From positions 32,001-96,000 of the IMG/VR virus record IMGVR_UViG_3300020596_000014: a stretch of 64,000 nucleotides of DNA; one strand, given 5' to 3'. The DNA is from a virus. Shown here one piece after another: positions 18,976-29,094 of the stretch. Position 1 is the stretch's first letter; each line of letters opens with the position of its first letter. Below the pieces are notes generated by a model. The model searched no databases. It worked only from the letters and a program-made list of their open reading frames with translations, and had not been told where the DNA came from. The position numbers and the translations under genes are program-made.

Positions 18976-21900
18976 GCGGACTGCCTGTAAGAAAATCGTT
19001 TGCTAACTTCGCTAGATTGGCGATACAGCCAAAAACACGTGGAACTCTCAATTTTGCGAAGTATGATACAGGAGTCATACGTGAGCTTCTTTATATAACG
19101 ACGCCTAGAGACACACGATATAATGACGAGCTCCCTGCATCAACCGCAAAGTTCAGCCCCTTTGAGGAGCTGAGCGGTATCCCGTCGACTCGGCCTGAGA
19201 TCATCAGTGTCGCTGAGTTTAAGCCATTATTCAACGCTAACAATCAGAGCTATACGCCGGCTGGTGAATTCCTTGACGCACAGGTCAAACTTATGAACCT
19301 ACGTCACGAAGCTGTTAGCAAGCTTGTCAATGACCTCAAGAAGAACCCCGACCTAGCTGAAAAACTGGACCAGATCGAGGGTAACTTCTTGAAGCACGTG
19401 AATAACCTGAAGTCACACGCCGATTTTCTTGGAATTCTGCAACAGTACATCGAACGTATTAGCAAGCTTTTTGACTTGCGAGACTCTGGTACGCGGATCG
19501 ATGCTGCATCTCTGTTAGGCCAGTACTACACTTCAGTTTACAGCAACATTGTCGATGCGAAGCTTTCGCTTCCTGTTTACACGTACACTGATCTATTGGG
19601 GCAACATGGGTACAACAAGACGAACGTACTGGGCTTCAGCAGCACGAAGATTTTTATTCAAACCCTTTTTGAGGCTCGTAAAATGTTGCGAGCTGGCAGT
19701 GATGATCTCATTGGTGTCGATCCTTCTCTGACCTTACGTGACAAGGATGCCTCAACCATCAATCGACGTAAATATAAAGATTTACACGTAATTCTTGGCA
19801 AATTAGATGGGTTTCCGACATTCGCTAATCTGGCAGAACGGCGTATATACGAGTCTGACAATCAGCTCACTTCATATCTGCAAGAGCTTGAAACCGCTTT
19901 CCGTGACATCGATGAGGCATACGCCGGAGTATCGTCCGATGAAATCGCGTACACACTGAAAATTCGAACGTTAACTCGTGAGTGTGTGTATTCTAACGCT
20001 TTGGCTGATCCTGCTGTATTAAGCTTGCTTAGCCAGTACGGATACCCTGTAAATGCTACACTTGGTAATCAACAACTCTTTGATGCTGTCTACGGACAGC
20101 TTGGTAATCGAATTACTGACGATCGTTCAAACACAAACACAAATTCGCTCAGCTCAATTGCGTCACGTTTAACGAAGGACACAGCGGTGTTGACATACGA
20201 GGTAGACTACCTGGAAGATGATCAGGGCAGTGTGTTCACTCCAGGAGCACCTTTCTATGTCGCTTCAACTGTTCGCCCAGGAGACAACGGATTCTCTATT
20301 GAGAACGCCAGTGAACTCATCACTAGGATGACAAACGTGGTCGAAAAATATGTCGATTTCGTTGGAAAATTCAATATCTTACCAAAGACTGGTAACGTTC
20401 TTGTGTCACAAGACGCACGTGTTCGTCTAGCATTTGACGCTTCTACGATGACGGAGACCCTGTATGGAATCTTCGTTAACCCCGCAAATGGGCTTTTGAA
20501 AGATGACGTGAATGGCTCTCCGATTGTGGATCTACTCGCAGAAGCAGCCACTCATCCTCAGTTGCGTGCGAATCTCTATGCATTCATGTGCATTGCCTCT
20601 GACACAGCTGCAGATAACAAGGGTAGTAATAAAACTGATCAAGTAAATCTAGATTTGAAAAAAGAAGCTGGTCGGTTGCCAGGAAGAGCTGGTGTCACGA
20701 TCGATAAACTTGCCAAGAATTGTGCAAATTATTATAGACAGATCACTGGTGACAGCGCAGCTGCAATTCAGGTTGAAAATAATCTCAAGAACTATGAAAG
20801 TCAAGGGCCACTTCCTCGATGTATTGCGTACGTGCGCATATTGAAGAATGTGTACAAGCAGACGTTGGTTGAAAATAAAACCCGTTATTCGCACTTATCT
20901 GACAACATGATGATTGCGCTCGCCGTTCAAAGCATTTTCGACTCGGCTCGTCGATACGCGTACACGTCAATTCGCAAGAACACAGCTGTGATGATCAACA
21001 CGAATTTTGCAAAATACGGCGACGCGTCGTCAGCGTTCATTCAACACATCGTACCAGTCGCGAATACGACTTCCAGAGAGGTAAGTGTAAAGTCTTCAGT
21101 AAAATCGTCTGGTAGAGTTAATATTGTCTCACCGATAGCAAAGAACATCTTTACTGGAAACTTCATTTCAAAATCGCCATTAAAGCAAGCTATCATAACA
21201 CGTCTGACGCGCGAGGACGATCTTACCATTCGAACAGCACTTGCGCCTTTGAACGCGATCCGTGTGCTGCGAGATAGTCTGAAGGATTACATCGTCTTTC
21301 TTCAGCGCCCTGCGAGCACGAAGGTTATCAATGCAGTGCTCGAGATTGTTGGAGATCGAAAGCTTGTCGAGTTACTCAGCGATCGCGGTCAAGTTCAACT
21401 TCTCATCAATACTGTGGATTCGATTCTCGATCGGGTGAATCCCGATCGTGCGGCAAACACGGGGACCGATCTGAGTGACGAGGTGTCATTGACACGCTCG
21501 GCCAGTGCTGATGATGATCTCAAGATCTTCGATGACTCATTTATCACAAGCCGAACGGCAAACGTTCTCAAAGCGGTGTTCTCGAACGCGAAATTCAGTA
21601 TCGCTCGTGGCTCTAACATCCGTGTGTTGACGTTTGGTCTTCCGCATGGTTTCAGTTCCAGACTGAAGAACAAGTTTAAGATCAGTAGCTTCGCTGAGCA
21701 AGTACAGAAGAAATTGAAACAGAACGACGTCGTGATTGCGGATGTGTATCGCATCGACGTTCGTTACCCCGATCTCATTTTCAAGCCGGTGCCCAAGATC
21801 TTTGAACTGAGTCGTTTCCCCAACCGAGACGAGAAGACGTTCGCTCGCGCGAGCGTTGGCACGAAGCTGAGTGATGCGCTCGATTCTGTTGGAACACGCG

Positions 21901-22706
21901 ATTACTCTAACTTTGATCCAGAACCGATCTCGTTTCAAAACCGTCAAAATAAGTCTTCTAAGAAGCCAGCATACTCCTTCATGTCAGACGTTGATTACGT
22001 TGAGATGCAACGCAATCATGTGATGAGCTACATGCTCGAGCTCTACTTTCGGTTGTTAACCGGCATTCCGTTGAACGAGCGTGAGCTGTACGTTGAAGAT
22101 CCGAACGAGAAGGATCAGCCGATTCCGTTTGTCTCGCGTGCCATTCTCGCGAACACTGCAGAGAAGATCTTCAAGGTTCCTACGCCGCCCCCGCCGCCTC
22201 CTGCTCCTCCTACGACTCTATCTGGAATATTCGGGTCGATGACCTCACAGCTGTCCGAGATGACTGATGAGGTCTTTGCTACGCTGGTTTTTGTGCCGAA
22301 TGAGGCGCAACAGGCTGCACGTGCAAAGGCAAAAGCAATAGCAGCCGCAGCAGCCGCAGCAGCCGCAGCGGCGGATTTAGCCAAGAAGAAGACCGTCTAT
22401 GTCGACCATACTGTCGCTGGCAAATACATGATGTCTCCAAAACTCTTCGAGCGTGTTTTCTTTGTTCATGTGGATCCAGATGAATTCGAGATTGATCATG
22501 TCGAGACATTCAAGTCTGAGACTGGTCGATCGACGTTTGCTCAACTGCAGCAGGCTGGTGAGATCGTTACCGTCTCCGAACGCGTTGGAAATTCAACTCG
22601 TGACAGTTTCAAGCTTCGTGATCACACGACTGAGAAACAGATGATCTTTGAGAAGTTCTTCATCGTCGTGAGATCCTACTCACCACTCTCCACAAGGTCA
22701 ACGTGA
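18972..22706 (+). CDS. very large hypothetical protein, putative virion protein
   Basis: 1244-aa ORF coupled by GTGA overlaps; poly-Pro and poly-Ala near the C-terminus. Confidence 0.7.
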   Translation: MSGLPVRKSFANFARLAIQPKTRGTLNFAKYDTGVIRELLYITTPRDTRYNDELPASTAKFSPFEELSGIPSTRPEIISVAEFKPLFNANNQSYTPAGEFLDAQVKLMNLRHEAVSKLVNDLKKNPDLAEKLDQIEGNFLKHVNNLKSHADFLGILQQYIERISKLFDLRDSGTRIDAASLLGQYYTSVYSNIVDAKLSLPVYTYTDLLGQHGYNKTNVLGFSSTKIFIQTLFEARKMLRAGSDDLIGVDPSLTLRDKDASTINRRKYKDLHVILGKLDGFPTFANLAERRIYESDNQLTSYLQELETAFRDIDEAYAGVSSDEIAYTLKIRTLTRECVYSNALADPAVLSLLSQYGYPVNATLGNQQLFDAVYGQLGNRITDDRSNTNTNSLSSIASRLTKDTAVLTYEVDYLEDDQGSVFTPGAPFYVASTVRPGDNGFSIENASELITRMTNVVEKYVDFVGKFNILPKTGNVLVSQDARVRLAFDASTMTETLYGIFVNPANGLLKDDVNGSPIVDLLAEAATHPQLRANLYAFMCIASDTAADNKGSNKTDQVNLDLKKEAGRLPGRAGVTIDKLAKNCANYYRQITGDSAAAIQVENNLKNYESQGPLPRCIAYVRILKNVYKQTLVENKTRYSHLSDNMMIALAVQSIFDSARRYAYTSIRKNTAVMINTNFAKYGDASSAFIQHIVPVANTTSREVSVKSSVKSSGRVNIVSPIAKNIFTGNFISKSPLKQAIITRLTREDDLTIRTALAPLNAIRVLRDSLKDYIVFLQRPASTKVINAVLEIVGDRKLVELLSDRGQVQLLINTVDSILDRVNPDRAANTGTDLSDEVSLTRSASADDDLKIFDDSFITSRTANVLKAVFSNAKFSIARGSNIRVLTFGLPHGFSSRLKNKFKISSFAEQVQKKLKQNDVVIADVYRIDVRYPDLIFKPVPKIFELSRFPNRDEKTFARASVGTKLSDALDSVGTRDYSNFDPEPISFQNRQNKSSKKPAYSFMSDVDYVEMQRNHVMSYMLELYFRLLTGIPLNERELYVEDPNEKDQPIPFVSRAILANTAEKIFKVPTPPPPPPAPPTTLSGIFGSMTSQLSEMTDEVFATLVFVPNEAQQAARAKAKAIAAAAAAAAAAADLAKKKTVYVDHTVAGKYMMSPKLFERVFFVHVDPDEFEIDHVETFKSETGRSTFAQLQQAGEIVTVSERVGNSTRDSFKLRDHTTEKQMIFEKFFIVVRSYSPLSTRST
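22341..22367 (+). repeat. 9-bp tandem repeat x3 encoding poly-Ala
   Basis: (gcagccgca)3. Confidence 0.8.
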
Positions 22707-24565
22707 GTTCTTCCAAACCTTCTCGTGAAGTTCATGTTATCGACGTTCCCGACGCTGGTGGGTTCACTGCTCGATTCGTGTACAATTACCACTCGAAAGA
22801 CGAGGGTACGAAGGCCGACGCCGGTGTGACAAATACCCTTCTCACGAAGTCAGGAGAGTACTTCGACGCGCGTATTATCGATTATTTGGGTTCAGCTCGA
22901 GCACCACGCTACGTGGTACTGACCTGGAAGTCCACAAGCTACCGTGACCGTCTATATGGGCAATCCCCATATTTTCAAGACGACAACGTCCCCAAAAACT
23001 ATATCCGTAATAACTTGTCGAAGATCCTGAGCGAAGAACACTTCAGCTCGGAACAGTTTACAAGCTTCAATATTAGCGATCAAAGTATTGATCGAAAGTT
23101 GTTTACCTATATCTCGGCCTCAGCAAACATCCTGAACGCGCAACGTCAGAATGCTTCAACACAGCACGGACTCGCGCTTCAGACCGCCGCTCTTACCTCA
23201 AATGAGATTGATTTCGATTTCCTGTCCAAATACCTCGTGCAACCCGCTGAGGATGGAGTCTTCTTTTACACACGTGACTCAAATCGTATTCGCAACGAAG
23301 TCGTTAACAAGCTAAAGGGATTCAATATCCAAGTTCAACTTAACAACAGCGTCATCCATACGCTTATCAAGCGAGCCGTTGCGTTCCCGGAATCAACGTT
23401 CGACAGCGTGCACGCGTCAATGTACGAGGTCTCGCGAAAGTTACAAGGGAAGGCGCAGACACGTGGCATGAGAGAACTACGAGCGGACGACTATCGCACC
23501 GTTGCCCCCGAATATGTCAGTCTTCAGACGATGAAGTCTGTCGATCCCGGTCTAGCAACGCGAGCTCGCATCGTAGGGTACATCGTCAATCGCTACGAGA
23601 TGCTCTCGACAGGAGAGAGCGTAGCTCTTGACCCAATCACAGTGGAAAACCCTACAGCTTCGACGACTGTCGATCTCAACGTAAAGTACTACGCACATTA
23701 TCAGTACACGATTCGCTCGGTCGCTGAATTCAGTATTCCTTCAATTGTAGAAGACACTGGTGAACTTGTCGTCTCCAAGTTTCTCATCGCCTCACGCCCA
23801 AGCGCACCGCAATTTGTCTCGTGTGTTGAGATTGTCCCTCCGCCGCCTCCGGCCGACGTGCGTTTCACCTGGGACTGGGACAACGACAAGCTATTCATCA
23901 GCTGGGCCTTCCCCCCGAACTCGCAACGTGACGTCAAGCAATTTCAAGTCTTTCGTCGTCGCACCATAAACGAACCGTTCGAGCTCGTTAAGCAGATCAT
24001 GTTCGACGATTCAACGACCTCGTCACCTTATGCGGAGAAGCCCGATCCTCGTCTGGTCGAGACCGTCGTGAACCCCAAGCTCTATTGGGTGGACGATGAG
24101 TTCACTCGCGAGACCAGCTTTATCTACGCGCTCGGGACGATAGACGCGCACGGGATCGTGTCTGCGTACGGCCCGCAGTCGCAGGTCGTGTATCAGAAGT
24201 ACAAGAACAAGCTCACCGTGACGCGTCTGTCTCCTGGTGGAGCTCCCAAGCCATACCCGAACCTCTATCTCAGCACCGACACGTTTGTCGACAGCGTCGT
24301 TGATTCAAAGAAGCACACGATGAAGATTGCCTTCCAACCGGAGTATGATCGACTCGTCGACAAGCATAACAATGATCTCAACTTCATCGCGACGGAAGAC
24401 AAGGGCGGACGTTACAAGGTGTTGGCGATGAATACCGACCTTGCTGCAGCGCAGACCGTGGAGATCGTGATCAAAGATCGTCGACCAGCCTCGATCGCGC
24501 AGAAGCCGGCTAGCGCCCTTTCTATCCCTGACTACGGTGACAGAGTGTCGAAGCAATCGAAGTGA
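22703..24565 (+). CDS. FN3-like domain protein, putative virion protein
   Basis: IVGYIVNRYE...YQYTIRS; PPPPADV...LFISW...VKQFQVFRR...WVD...IYAL.TID.HG. Confidence 0.6.
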   Translation: MSSSKPSREVHVIDVPDAGGFTARFVYNYHSKDEGTKADAGVTNTLLTKSGEYFDARIIDYLGSARAPRYVVLTWKSTSYRDRLYGQSPYFQDDNVPKNYIRNNLSKILSEEHFSSEQFTSFNISDQSIDRKLFTYISASANILNAQRQNASTQHGLALQTAALTSNEIDFDFLSKYLVQPAEDGVFFYTRDSNRIRNEVVNKLKGFNIQVQLNNSVIHTLIKRAVAFPESTFDSVHASMYEVSRKLQGKAQTRGMRELRADDYRTVAPEYVSLQTMKSVDPGLATRARIVGYIVNRYEMLSTGESVALDPITVENPTASTTVDLNVKYYAHYQYTIRSVAEFSIPSIVEDTGELVVSKFLIASRPSAPQFVSCVEIVPPPPPADVRFTWDWDNDKLFISWAFPPNSQRDVKQFQVFRRRTINEPFELVKQIMFDDSTTSSPYAEKPDPRLVETVVNPKLYWVDDEFTRETSFIYALGTIDAHGIVSAYGPQSQVVYQKYKNKLTVTRLSPGGAPKPYPNLYLSTDTFVDSVVDSKKHTMKIAFQPEYDRLVDKHNNDLNFIATEDKGGRYKVLAMNTDLAAAQTVEIVIKDRRPASIAQKPASALSIPDYGDRVSKQSK

Positions 24566-24840
24566 ACTACAGTGACGAAAATATGAGTCTTCCTATCCCT
24601 ATGTGTCACGCGACCGGCAAAATATGCATCGCCGACAATATCGGTCGGCGCTTGGATGTTGACCTAGAGATGTTCGTTTGTCAACGTTGCGGTCAAGGCT
24701 GGGTGCAGGACACGAGCTCGTGCGCAAGACTGCAGGAATCACTAAAGCGCTTCGAGATCGCGATCAAGAATGTTAACGTGGCACAGGTGAAGATGACAAA
24801 AGCCTTCCAAAAGCTTTCCGACTCGCTTGCAAAGATTTAG
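24562..24840 (+). CDS. hypothetical protein
   Basis: Coupled ORF with CQRCG. Confidence 0.5.
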   Translation: MNYSDENMSLPIPMCHATGKICIADNIGRRLDVDLEMFVCQRCGQGWVQDTSSCARLQESLKRFEIAIKNVNVAQVKMTKAFQKLSDSLAKI

Positions 24841-24842
24841 CG

Positions 24843-25334
24843 ATGAGTGTCATCCTTGATACGGAAGGACGTGGCGCCATCGCTGAGATTTTCGCTGACC
24901 TCAAAATGAAATGTGAGGTGCCGGAAAACAGTGAAGAATGGTTAGCTGCTCTCGTGGCATGGATGGTTGACGACCTAGTCACGTCGCATCATAACGAGGC
25001 CACTTTCGCCGATGCTTTGCAATTAACATGGGTGGTTGGCTCGCGCTTGGAGTCTGAACTCTGTGGACGTTTCAAGAAGATCGTCCCCGTAGTAGCGAAC
25101 GTTTTCCCCTTCGAAGGTCCAAACGGAGAACTCTCAGCCGGCATTACAGATACAGTGATACTTGATCCGATAAACGAAGATCCAAGAGAAATAACGTGCA
25201 CTTTAGCTGCCGAGATCAAGAAGGCTGATCCTAATCATGATACACTTTTCATTTTATCGTTGATCAGGAAGACCATCTTGCTAAACGGCAATTACCGTTA
25301 TGACACGCGCTTCGCGACAGCCAAGACTGTGTAA
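24843..25334 (+). CDS. hypothetical protein
   Basis: Packed ORF; C-terminal YDTRFAT resembles YHTRFAT of 26820. Confidence 0.6.
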   Translation: MSVILDTEGRGAIAEIFADLKMKCEVPENSEEWLAALVAWMVDDLVTSHHNEATFADALQLTWVVGSRLESELCGRFKKIVPVVANVFPFEGPNGELSAGITDTVILDPINEDPREITCTLAAEIKKADPNHDTLFILSLIRKTILLNGNYRYDTRFATAKTV

Positions 25335-25343
25335 TTACCGTTC

Positions 25344-25745
25344 ATGAACGAACTGGCTATTCGGAAGTATGTGCGACTTGTACTAGAGCGCGCAATAACG
25401 GTCTCTCCCGACCAACTACTCTTGAAGATCAACGCGAGGAATGGTGGATCGATCCCCGCCGACGAGCTCACGTCCGAGGAAACCACCGTGGCTATGTCAC
25501 TTGTCAAGTGTGACTTGCTCCATCACGTCCCGGCCGGTCATGGCATATCAAATGTTGGTGGCATGCGAGGATTCTACGGCGACAACATGACCGTGACTGG
25601 TGGTCGCAATGAGCCAACGCCTGTCGATCCAAAAGTCGCGCATCGATACCCGGAACGCTACGTCGTCACGTCCGGCGGCAGTCACTCGACAGACACTTTC
25701 AAGAGCGACACGCTGCGAGATGAGCTCCCGCGTCGTCGTCGTTAA
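25344..25745 (+). CDS. hypothetical protein, candidate internal head protein
   Basis: TAATTA upstream; N-terminus MNELAIRKYVRLVLE. Confidence 0.65.
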   Translation: MNELAIRKYVRLVLERAITVSPDQLLLKINARNGGSIPADELTSEETTVAMSLVKCDLLHHVPAGHGISNVGGMRGFYGDNMTVTGGRNEPTPVDPKVAHRYPERYVVTSGGSHSTDTFKSDTLRDELPRRRR

Positions 25746-25766
25746 GACAGCTATATTGTCGGCAGA

Positions 25767-26525
25767 ATGCACTTCCATTGGCAGAACCTGACCGACGAAC
25801 GCAAGCAACGAACAAAGACCTGGCCATATCACGGGAGAGCGTGGCTTCATCCCGATTCGGGCGCCGTGGATTCCTTCTGTTTCTCATGGAATCTGTGGTC
25901 GCGCTTCTGCGGCGTTTCTTTCTTCGCGTCGTCTGACCGCGAAGACAGTCTCGCAGTCTCGCTCGCTTTCCCACCATTTGCATTCTGGTTCACGATCGAC
26001 GCGCGCAGTTGGTTGCTGCGTTTCGTCACGTGGATAGTCGCTCTTCAACCGTCTGACATGGGGAACAAGTGGTCGGGTCGCGAGTTATCGATCCGCGTGC
26101 ACGACTGGGCGATCTGGTGGAGCGTCTGGGTCGACGACTCTGGTTGGACTAGTTCGCGCTCTAAGTGGCGCGACGGATGCTTTCACTTACTGGGGCACAA
26201 CTGTCGTCAAGGTGACGTAGAGGAGATCCTGACACGCATGGATTACATCCAGATGCCTGAGCGGAAGTACGAATGCAAGGTCACGCTCGAGCGCGTGAGA
26301 TTCGGCTGGGATCGACTTCCTCGCTTCTTCGACAAGATCATCACACGTGGTCATGTCGATATGCTCGACGGCGAACATATCCCGTTCCCGGGTAAGGGGA
26401 CTTGCTCACACAACTGTGACGCCGACGCGATGTACAGTTGGAACGGGCTAGTCGATTCTATCCCAGATGCGCTCGAGAAGGCGGCGGCTAGTGTCACGTG
26501 TGATAGAAAACGGTACCCGCTGTGA
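25767..26525 (+). CDS. Trp-rich hypothetical protein
   Basis: 252-aa ORF with many Trp residues. Confidence 0.65.
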   Translation: MHFHWQNLTDERKQRTKTWPYHGRAWLHPDSGAVDSFCFSWNLWSRFCGVSFFASSDREDSLAVSLAFPPFAFWFTIDARSWLLRFVTWIVALQPSDMGNKWSGRELSIRVHDWAIWWSVWVDDSGWTSSRSKWRDGCFHLLGHNCRQGDVEEILTRMDYIQMPERKYECKVTLERVRFGWDRLPRFFDKIITRGHVDMLDGEHIPFPGKGTCSHNCDADAMYSWNGLVDSIPDALEKAAASVTCDRKRYPL

Positions 26526-26743
26526 ATCACGAGAACCGCCCTGACTTGCAGATGCTAGCTTTGCTGTTTCTCCTTAGTAAGCAGTCGCCGATGACGCTTG
26601 AGAACCGCACCTGGTTTGTCGAGCTCGGCACAACCATTCTCGACCCTAACGACTTCACACCGCGTGCCACATTGCTCATCAATGGTGTCAAGGTCGACAT
26701 GGTAAACATGATGCAGCTGCAGAACTATCTGATCTGCGCGTGA
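26522..26743 (+). CDS. hypothetical protein
   Basis: GTGA-coupled ORF. Confidence 0.5.
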   Translation: MNHENRPDLQMLALLFLLSKQSPMTLENRTWFVELGTTILDPNDFTPRATLLINGVKVDMVNMMQLQNYLICA

Positions 26744-26819
26744 CGTGAAGACTGATCGTGAAGTTTGATACGACGAGAGTCACGACCGGGCGAGAACTCG
26801 ACTGGGCTAGCCTGTAAAC

Positions 26820-27221
26820 ATGAGCGAAAGCAAGGATTGGGTCATGATTCTGATCAAGAACTGCGTCGACAGTCACTACAAAAACACATTGGGTGTGGAC
26901 AAGCAGCAGGAACTGGCGCAGTTAACGGCTGACGTGTCTGTCGCCGTGAAAGAACTGCTACCTGTCACATTCACGCACGTCGAGACTGTCACGTCGTCTG
27001 AGTTCCAGTACGCTAACGCGCGGGTGTTCGTGAACACCTACGCGGTCTCCGTGACCACCTCAGACTCGCGTGCAAAGAAGGTCGTGGACTTAGCAGAGCA
27101 AGTCGTGCGCATCGCGATGGCAAAAGGCGGCACGCGCTTCTTCCCGTACGTGCTGCTGACGCCGGTCGCCGAGTCGTCGTCTGACCGTGAGTGGTACCAT
27201 ACTAGGTTTGCGACGTCGTGA
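26820..27221 (+). CDS. hypothetical protein
   Basis: Packed ORF. Confidence 0.6.
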   Translation: MSESKDWVMILIKNCVDSHYKNTLGVDKQQELAQLTADVSVAVKELLPVTFTHVETVTSSEFQYANARVFVNTYAVSVTTSDSRAKKVVDLAEQVVRIAMAKGGTRFFPYVLLTPVAESSSDREWYHTRFATS

Positions 27222-27532
27222 GAAAGACCAAACTACAGCAACTTCGCATGTCGAAGCGGGAGAACAAGATCTTCTCGTGCCCGGTCTCCAAGCTCAGCGA
27301 ACACGTCGAGGAGCTTAATATGTTGTTCGCCGATGGGTGGCTAGCGGAAGACACAATGGTCACGCACGATCAGTATGTCGTCCTTCTAAAGAAGGAACAT
27401 GAGGGTAAGAAAGTGTTCTACGTTGACGTGACCGGGCTTGCGCAGGATAAAATCAACGAATACATGCTGCGCGTCAAGGAGCTGGTATCCAACCCGGACC
27501 CGGACAGCGATTTCTTCATCCCGTGCAGGTGA
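27218..27532 (+). CDS. hypothetical protein
   Basis: GTGA-coupled; KVFYVDVTGL..DKINEYM...DFFIP echoes the portal segment RVFYVDVGG..DEIGNYM. Confidence 0.6.
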   Translation: MRKTKLQQLRMSKRENKIFSCPVSKLSEHVEELNMLFADGWLAEDTMVTHDQYVVLLKKEHEGKKVFYVDVTGLAQDKINEYMLRVKELVSNPDPDSDFFIPCR

Positions 27533-27551
27533 GAGACCTAGATTACCGCGC

Positions 27552-27905
27552 ATGAACCTCGACGACCTGGTGGGCGAGACTGTGGACTTCTACGGCGTGG
27601 ACTGCAACGTCTTCTGTGTGCAGACCGAAGACGGCGAGCGCCTCGCGTTCGAAGCCGTTGAGGATGAGAGCGACGGCTACCGCTCAATGCTCGAGGAGGT
27701 GAAACAGGCCCCGCTAGATGGCAACATCTTCTTCGACGCGCCGCTCGCGAGAGTGACGATTAGCGAGGTCAGCGAACCAGGCGGGTTCTCGGGTTACGAG
27801 CTCATGAGCGACGACGGCCACGTGTGGCTGCGCGTTGGCACAAGAAATCACGACGACTGGTACCCGTGCTTCACGTTCAGCTACGATCCGCCGAGAGACT
27901 CGTGA
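27552..27905 (+). CDS. acidic hypothetical protein
   Basis: MNLDDLVG...EDESDGYRS...GT.NHDDWYPCF; start chosen at ATG 27552. Confidence 0.65.
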   Translation: MNLDDLVGETVDFYGVDCNVFCVQTEDGERLAFEAVEDESDGYRSMLEEVKQAPLDGNIFFDAPLARVTISEVSEPGGFSGYELMSDDGHVWLRVGTRNHDDWYPCFTFSYDPPRDS

Positions 27906-28114
27906 CGAACGCGTATCTGCTGCTGGCGCTCGTCGAGTTGCCGTCGGCGAACTCAACGGTGAAGCTGGAGATCAGTCGCACGTACTATGAACTCGAAGAC
28001 TTCTGTTCTCGCAAAAGTGTTCGAGTCAACGACTCTCAAGTCTTTACGGTCACGCAGGCGGAGCTTGACGCCGCGCAGGTAAGCTCCGAGTCGTACAGCA
28101 AGTACGTGGTCTAA
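27902..28114 (+). CDS. hypothetical protein
   Basis: GTG 27902 overlaps the upstream stop. Confidence 0.5.
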   Translation: MTNAYLLLALVELPSANSTVKLEISRTYYELEDFCSRKSVRVNDSQVFTVTQAELDAAQVSSESYSKYVV

Positions 28115-28151
28115 TAGTTCGCTGGTTGTGGTGGAAGCCTAATTACATCAT

Positions 28152-28700
28152 GTGCGCATCCTCAAGAAGCCATTAGCGCCGTCAGGCGATCTCTGGTTCC
28201 AACACAAGAGCCCGCACGGACCGTTCAACAGACTTGAGTCGCAGACGTACGAGACGCTGATCGATCAGCGCTCGGAGGACATGGACCCTGAGAACGCCGT
28301 TTACTACGTCGAAGAACGTGAAGAACACGAGATGCTTTACCACGAGCTGCTCGGCAGCGACGCGAGTCATAGCTTCACATATGCTACCATCGTAGGCTTT
28401 GAACTTATGGAGTCACCTGAGGATTACCCGGGCAACACACATTACTTTAAGCTGACAATACAACAGCTCAATGAATGTGTATTTGAACTCATTGCGGGAA
28501 AAGATCACGCGTTGGACGTTGAACCGTCTGTTGGTATGAAAGGTTTGCTAGCGTGCACCACAGCCTGGTCGGCTCATTCCGAAGAGTACGAGCCGTACCA
28601 GGACGATGTTGTGGGAGGAACAATTGACCCGCGCATCGAAGTCATCATCCCGTTTACAGTGGGGGTGCTAGCTGTGTACCCTGAGAAAGAGCTCCGCTAG
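28152..28700 (+). CDS. acidic hypothetical protein
   Basis: 182-aa ORF after TAATTA. Confidence 0.65.
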   Translation: MRILKKPLAPSGDLWFQHKSPHGPFNRLESQTYETLIDQRSEDMDPENAVYYVEEREEHEMLYHELLGSDASHSFTYATIVGFELMESPEDYPGNTHYFKLTIQQLNECVFELIAGKDHALDVEPSVGMKGLLACTTAWSAHSEEYEPYQDDVVGGTIDPRIEVIIPFTVGVLAVYPEKELR

Positions 28701-28755
28701 TCGTTGACAGTCATATATGACCGCTAGCGAGTAGCCTCGATGCGTGCCGCTCGAC

Positions 28756-29094
28756 TCAGAGCGGGTCGCCCTCGCGTGCCGCTTCCTCGTCCCATACCTC
28801 CAAGAGGATCTCGTCAAACCTATCGCGGTATTGCATTTCTAGTTCCCCGGCCCGTTCGAGGCGATCCATCGCGTCGTCCATAATCTTGTCGGGCATATCA
28901 TCAGGATCCGGGTATCTGTCGGTGAGCGCTGCTACCTGCGCGTCCCAATCGTGGTTGAGCAATTGTGAGTCAGGCTGTTCCTTCAGCCAAGCGCGCGCCC
29001 GCCTTCTAGCCTCGATATACGAGGGACAAAAGAAATGTCCTGCGTCTGACTGATCGGTCCCCTCGATACGGTTGCAGCCACGTTCACGCGTCAT
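28756..29094 (-). CDS. hypothetical protein
   Basis: ATGA-coupled to 29091..29792. Confidence 0.55.
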   Translation of the reverse strand: MTRERGCNRIEGTDQSDAGHFFCPSYIEARRRARAWLKEQPDSQLLNHDWDAQVAALTDRYPDPDDMPDKIMDDAMDRLERAGELEMQYRDRFDEILLEVWDEEAAREGDPL

